This document shows positions 59,303 through 64,000 of a stretch of 64,000 nucleotides of DNA, piece by piece. A model generated the notes under the pieces. That model was not told where the DNA came from. It saw only the letters and a program-made list of their open reading frames with translations, and made no database searches. A program made the position numbers and the translations under genes. Within the stretch, counting starts at the first letter, position 1; each line of letters opens with the position of its first letter. Origin of the DNA: an uncultured Actinomycetes bacterium. GTDB lineage: Bacteria; Actinomycetota; UBA4738; HRBIN12. Location of the stretch: contig CAWAAO010000007.1 in the NCBI GenBank assembly GCA_963780015.1, forward strand, positions 2,599-66,598. Reading direction: 5' to 3'.

Positions 59303-60070
59303 TCAGTCCTCGGGGTACCGGTGGACCTCCCAGCGCCTCGCCATCGGATCGAAGCCCAGCCGCCGGTAGAGCTCCTTGGGCCAGTCGTTCTCGTCGGCCA
59401 GGATGAACACGCGATCGGCGCCCGACGTGCGGGCGGCCTCGGCCGCGCCGAGCACCACGGCTCGCGCGACGCCACGGCCGCGGAACTCTTCGAGGGTGTC
59501 GACAAACTCGACCTGCGCGTCGGCGCCGTCGATGTACAGCTCACACTCACCGGCGAGCGCGCCGTCGATACGCGCGACGAAGCGCCGCGCGCCGATCGAG
59601 CGCTCCCACGATGCATGCTGATCGACGAACCGCGGGATGAGATCGGGCGTGAGCGTGTCCCGGCGGTAGATCTCCTCGGTCAGCGGCCGGCTCTCGGCGA
59701 ACGAACACTCCTCGGCCGCGAGGTCCGCCGGACGGTCGGGCGGGCGCCGCAACACCATCTGCACGGATGGCTCCGCGACGTAGCCCTGTGCCCGGAACCC
59801 CGGCGCCAGCCGGTCGCCATCGGCTTCGTCCACGACGACGAGGAGTCGGTGCCGATACCCACCGCCGCCCAGGATGCGATCGGCGTCCTCGATCAACGTC
59901 TCCGCGGAGACCTGCGGCTGGTGCCGGTCGATCAGCAGGAAGTTCGAGATGTAGCGCTCCCGGACGTCGTCGTCGAAGTACGCCGTGCCGTGGTCGAACG
60001 GCTCCGTGCGCGTGCTCATGCGCGGCAGGATGCGCCGTTCGAAGGCGAGGAATCGGTCGAGGTCGTCCAC
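59303..60070 (-). CDS. GNAT family N-acetyltransferase (255 aa, N-terminal extension)
   Basis: The C-terminal GNAT core reads VDTLEEFRGRGVARAVVLGA .. VFILADENDWPKELYRRLGF. Confidence 0.7.
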   Translation of the reverse strand: MDDLDRFLAFERRILPRMSTRTEPFDHGTAYFDDDVRERYISNFLLIDRHQPQVSAETLIEDADRILGGGGYRHRLLVVVDEADGDRLAPGFRAQGYVAEPSVQMVLRRPPDRPADLAAEECSFAESRPLTEEIYRRDTLTPDLIPRFVDQHASWERSIGARRFVARIDGALAGECELYIDGADAQVEFVDTLEEFRGRGVARAVVLGAAEAARTSGADRVFILADENDWPKELYRRLGFDPMARRWEVHRYPED

Positions 60071-60088
60071 GGGTCGCAGGCTACCGGC

Positions 60089-61632
60089 TCAGTGCACGGA
60101 CACCGAGACCGTGTGGTAGCCCGTCGCGCCGTCGGGGTACGGCTCGGCGGGGTCGGGCGTCTGGACCTCGCCGTCGCGATCGGTGGCGCGCACCGCGATC
60201 CGGTGCTCGCCTGGCGTCGCGTCCCACGCGAAACGCCATTGACGCCACGTGTCGGTGGTGTCCTGTGGGGCGAGCTCCGCCGGCAGCCAGGCGCCGTCGT
60301 CGATCTGCACCTCGACCGCCTCGATCCCGGTGTGCTGTGCCCACGCGACACCCGCGATGTCGCGTTGGCCCGGGCTCACCGAGCCGCGGGGCACATCGAT
60401 CCGGGACTCCGTCTTGATCGGCGCCTGCTGCGCCCACCCGCGCACGATCCAGTAGGCGTCGTAGGCGGCGAAGGTCGTCAGCTCCATGTCGACGACCCAT
60501 TTGGTCGCCGAGACATAGCCGTAGAGGCCGGGCACGACCACGCGGACGGGAAACCCGTGCGAGATCGGGAGCGGCTCGCCGTTCATCCCGACCGCGAGCA
60601 TCGCGTCGCGCCCATCCAGCAGCGCCGCGGTCGGCGTGCCGACGGTGAACCCGTCGACGGAGCGCGCCACCAGCTGGTCCGCGCCGGGCTGCACCCCCGC
60701 CTCCTCGAGGATGTCCCGCAGCGGTGCGCCGATCCAGCGTGCATTGCCCAGGTAGTGGCCGCCGACCGGGTTCGAGACGCAGGTGAGCGTGACGTCGCGC
60801 TCGATCAGCGGACGCGCGAGCAGCTGCTCGTACGTGAGCGTGAGCTCGCGGTCGACCATGCCGTGGATCCGCAGCTGCCAGTCCTCGGCGGTGACCGCCG
60901 GCACGAGCAGCGCGGTGTCCACCCGGTAGAAGCGGTCGTTCGGCGTGAAGAACGGGGAGATCCCGTCCACGGCGTCGAACCCCGCGGGCGCATCCGCGGC
61001 GGGCGACGCGGGCGCCGGGATCCGGACCGACGCGCGCGATTCGTCTGCTCGGAACCGCCGCGAGAGGAACCCGCCGACCCCGCCCGCACCGATCGCGACG
61101 ACCGCCCCGACGCCCGCCGTCCAGAGGAAGTGTCGTCGGTCGAGGCTCGCCGGCCGGCGAGTCGTCCGCGGCGGTCGCGGGACGCCCGGCCGCGTGGAGC
61201 AGCGCGCGGAGGGCGAGCGCGCCCGCACCGGCGCCGACGAGCACCGGGATGACATCGCGCACGGTGGCGTTCGGCCTGGTGATCGCCGCGAGCACGCCGA
61301 CCCCGGCGAGGATCGCGAGCCCGATCCACCCCGAGCGCGGCCGCCGCAGCGCGGCGTTCCCGATGGCGATCGCGGCCGCCGCGATGACGAGGCCGATCCC
61401 GAGCAGCAGCACCTGCTTGTCGTTGGCGCCGAACGAGCGGATCGCGAAGGACTTGAGCCAGGTGGGGGAGCTGTCGATCGTGGCCTCGCCGACCGTGATC
61501 ACGGGCGACGCCGCGGCGTCGACCCATCCGGCGACCAGATGCGCCACGCCCAGGGTGACGCCCGCCGTGACCAGCCCGATCACCGGTCCGAGCCACCTCG
61601 GCGGCGCCGCCGCCTGGATCGTCCATATCCAT
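60089..61632 (-). CDS. Molybdopterin-dependent (sulfite-oxidase-fold) oxidoreductase with N-terminal TM domain; two frame breaks (the N-terminal one is tentative)
   Basis: ORF 60081..61583 supplies the TM helices. ORF 60089..61255 supplies LDRRHFLW (Tat-like), FFTPNDRFYRVD, TLTCVSNPVGG, GFPVRVVVPGLYGYVSATKWV and an Ig-like C-terminus. The main break lies near 61145. A possible ATG at 61632 follows GAGAGGAG, with a second break near 61600. Confidence 0.8.
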
Positions 61633-61672
61633 ACCTACGGGTGGTCTCCTCTCGGCGCCCAAGCGTTGCACG

Positions 61673-63238
61673 TCATCGTCCGAAGGAGCCGATCCGACCG
61701 CGGCCGATCGCGATCGCGGCCCCGGCGGTCACCACCAGGAGGATGACGGCCAGCGCCGACGCCTGCCCGATCGAGGCCGACCCCGGCTGGCCGAGGAGCC
61801 GCGCGATCGCCACGGGCACCGTCGGCCGATCCGCGCGGGCAAGGAACGCGGTGGCGCCGAACTCGCCCAACGCGACGACGAAGGCGAAGACGGCCGCGGT
61901 GCGGATCGCGCCGGCGCTTGCCGGCAGCGTCACGTCGCGGATCGCCCGCCACGGCGAGGCGCCGAGCGCGGCCGCGCTCTCCCCGAGGCTCGACTGTGCG
62001 GCCGCGAGCGCAGGCGCGACGATGCGCACCACGAAGGGGAGCGCGACGAGCGCCTGCGCCAGCGGCACGAGCCAGGGCGAGCCACGCAGATCCAGCGGCG
62101 CGCGGTCGAAGGCGACCACGTATCCGAAGCCCAGGGTGACGGCCGAGACGCCGAGCGGCAGGGCGACGATCGCCCAGACGCCGCGGGACCGAGCGCCGAG
62201 CGCCACCCCGATCGAGACCAGACCGCCGATGGCAAGGGCGATCACTGCGGCGAGCGCCGCGGATCGCACCGACGTCCAGATCGCCGCACCGGCCGAGATC
62301 TCGAACACACCGCCGCGCCTGCCCTCCCCGATGTGCAGGTAGTTCGCGACGGTCAGGCCGTCCGCGCCGGTGAGCGACCGCCGCACCAGGCGCCACAACG
62401 GAAGGACGACGAGCGCCAGGGCGGCGAGGATCACGACCGCGCCGAAGGCTCGCTCGCCGGCCGTGCGCGGCTGGCGGGGCGCGGGCTCCACCGGCGTCGA
62501 CGTGACCGGTCGCCGCGACGCGAGCACGGCGTCCGCGGTCAGCAGGGCGCCGACGAACACCAGCTGGATCATCGCCAGCACCGCGGCGGCCGACAGGTCG
62601 AGCTGCTGCGAGGTCCGTTGGAAGATCTCGACCTCGATCGTGCTCTGTCCGGGACCGCCGAGCAACAGGATCACGCCGAACGACGTGAACGTGAACAGGA
62701 ACACGAGCGTCGTCGCGGTCACGATCGCGGGCCTCGCGAGCGGCAGCAGGACCCGGGTGACGCGCCGCCATCCGGACGCGCCGAGCTCCTCGGCGGCGTC
62801 CTCGAGCGCCGGATCGATCGTCGCCCACGCCGCGCCGACCACGAGTACGACCACCGCGACGTTGAAGAACACATGCGCGGCGAGGATCGCGACGAGCGAC
62901 CCGCGCAGCCCGGAGAACGCCATCCCGACCACGACCGTCGGCAGGACGAACGGCACCACGACGAGCGCCTCGAGCGCCGCCCGCCCCCGGAACGCGAAGC
63001 GCGACACGACGAAGGCGATGGGCAGCCCGATCGCCAGCGTCAGCACGGTGGAGAGCGTCGCCTGCCACAGGGTGAACCAGATGACGTGGCGGACCCGCGC
63101 CTCGCCGAGCACCCGCCCCACCGCCGAGCGATCCGTGGCCAGCCCTTCCCAGACGATCGAGACGAACGGGAACACGAAGAACACCAGGAGGAACGCGATC
63201 GGCACGGCGAGGATCGCGATCCGTGCGCGCCGGCTCAC
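61673..63238 (-). CDS. ABC transporter permease with two MetI-like domains (thiamine/iron(III) ThiP/FbpB type)
   Basis: GTG 63238 overlaps the upstream stop (GTGA) and lies within ORF 61673..63259. There are 12 predicted TM helices and two EAA-like loops (EDAAEELGASGWRRVTRVLLPL and GESAAALGASPWRAIRDVTLP). Confidence 0.8.
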   Translation of the reverse strand: MSRRARIAILAVPIAFLLVFFVFPFVSIVWEGLATDRSAVGRVLGEARVRHVIWFTLWQATLSTVLTLAIGLPIAFVVSRFAFRGRAALEALVVVPFVLPTVVVGMAFSGLRGSLVAILAAHVFFNVAVVVLVVGAAWATIDPALEDAAEELGASGWRRVTRVLLPLARPAIVTATTLVFLFTFTSFGVILLLGGPGQSTIEVEIFQRTSQQLDLSAAAVLAMIQLVFVGALLTADAVLASRRPVTSTPVEPAPRQPRTAGERAFGAVVILAALALVVLPLWRLVRRSLTGADGLTVANYLHIGEGRRGGVFEISAGAAIWTSVRSAALAAVIALAIGGLVSIGVALGARSRGVWAIVALPLGVSAVTLGFGYVVAFDRAPLDLRGSPWLVPLAQALVALPFVVRIVAPALAAAQSSLGESAAALGASPWRAIRDVTLPASAGAIRTAAVFAFVVALGEFGATAFLARADRPTVPVAIARLLGQPGSASIGQASALAVILLVVTAGAAIAIGRGRIGSFGR

Positions 63239-64000
63239 TGTCCCATCAGGTCGGACCACCGCGCGACCCAGTCGGCTCGATGCGCCGCCACCTCGTCGGA
63301 GGAGAGCTCGTACGGGTCGGTCACCACGGCGGCGTTGCGGCGGAACACCGCCGGCAGCGACGCCGTCGTCGATGCCGGGTAGACGAACATCCGCAGCGGG
63401 ATGTCCTCTTGGAACGGCTGCGACAGAAGGAAATCGATGAGTTGCTGGGCGGCCGCCTCGTGCTCGGTGCCGCGCAGGATCCCGGCGAATTCGATCTGCC
63501 GGTAGCAGGTGTCGGTCAGGACCCTGGTCGGCGGGACGGTGATCGGCGGATCGGCGAACACGACCTCGGCGACCGGGCTCGTCGCGTACGACACGACCAT
63601 CGGATGCGTGCCCTCGCCGCCGCCGGCGCCGGAGAACTCCCCGAAGTAGGCCTGCTCCCAGCCGTCCACCACGGTGACGCCGTTGTCTCGGAGCCGGCGC
63701 CAGTAGTCCTCGAACCCCGGGTCGCCGTAGGCGGCGACCGTCGCCAGGAGGAACGCGAGCCCCGGCGTCGAGGTGGCCGGGTTCTCGACGACCAGCTGGT
63801 CCCGGAAGGCGGGGTCTGCGAGATCCTCGAGCGACGACGGCAGCGGCGTCCCTCCGACATAGCGCCGCATGTCGATGTTGACGCAGACCTCACCGTGATC
63901 CACCGGGGTGACGCGGTCCTGGTCGTCGAGACGCAGATCGGGCGCGACGTCCCCGAGCCCTGCCGACGCGTACGGGACGAACACATCCTTCGCGAACAGC
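63235..64000 (-). CDS. ABC transporter substrate-binding protein (thiamine/iron ThiB/FbpA type), 5' end outside the window
   Basis: The minus frame is open to the window edge (ORF 63235..63984 plus upstream LFAKDVFVPY). Motifs: VVENPATSTPGLAFLLATV and VVSYATSP. Confidence 0.7.
   Translation of the reverse strand, partial: LFAKDVFVPYASAGLGDVAPDLRLDDQDRVTPVDHGEVCVNIDMRRYVGGTPLPSSLEDLADPAFRDQLVVENPATSTPGLAFLLATVAAYGDPGFEDYWRRLRDNGVTVVDGWEQAYFGEFSGAGGGEGTHPMVVSYATSPVAEVVFADPPITVPPTRVLTDTCYRQIEFAGILRGTEHEAAAQQLIDFLLSQPFQEDIPLRMFVYPASTTASLPAVFRRNAAVVTDPYELSSDEVAAHRADWVARWSDLMGQ

Overview
This is a very GC-rich, actinobacterial-style chromosomal segment (GC3 close to saturation). It carries about 64 protein-coding genes and one cobalamin riboswitch. 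I recognise no rRNA, tRNA, CRISPR array, transposase or integrase. The content reads as ordinary metabolism and repair rather than an island. In order:
- a TolB-like lipoprotein, a BNR/Asp-box protein and a HAMP adenylate cyclase
- a NERD protein
- a translationally coupled VOC / PHP esterase / LigC operon facing a stand-alone LigD-type primase-polymerase
- an acyl-ACP desaturase
- three ~810-aa DAO+GcvT (dimethylglycine/sarcosine dehydrogenase-like) paralogues, and tdh-kbl
- a MacB/FtsX-type ABC exporter followed by a NarL-type sensor kinase
- SthA, a NYN-LOTUS protein, a GT1 glycosyltransferase, an AlkZ/YcaQ-like protein, an amidase, PAP2, ArfB and a DEAD-box helicase
- an SHOCT / OmpR-type regulator / kinase operon
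- a B12-riboswitch-controlled btuFCD-cobO-cobU-cobT-cobS operon
- a Moco oxidoreductase and a ThiB/ThiP-type importer

The dominant unusual signal is about 50 reading-frame breaks plus one in-frame TGA, which interrupt about 23 conserved genes. Most breaks behave as one extra base in a short G/C run. They are strongly clustered in a metallophosphoesterase (7 breaks) and the ABC exporter (at least 15). Many ORF-track entries are therefore fragments or false fusions, so I report reconstructed gene extents. All counts are my manual readings and are approximate.

I did not find a convincing novel multi-gene system. The best follow-up candidates are:
- the VOC-PHP-LigC / PrimPol end-processing cluster
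- a hyper-acidic 84-aa protein
- a 38-aa lysine-rich protein absent from the ORF track
- phased GTGACGA repeats plus a structured leader upstream of a PRC-barrel gene
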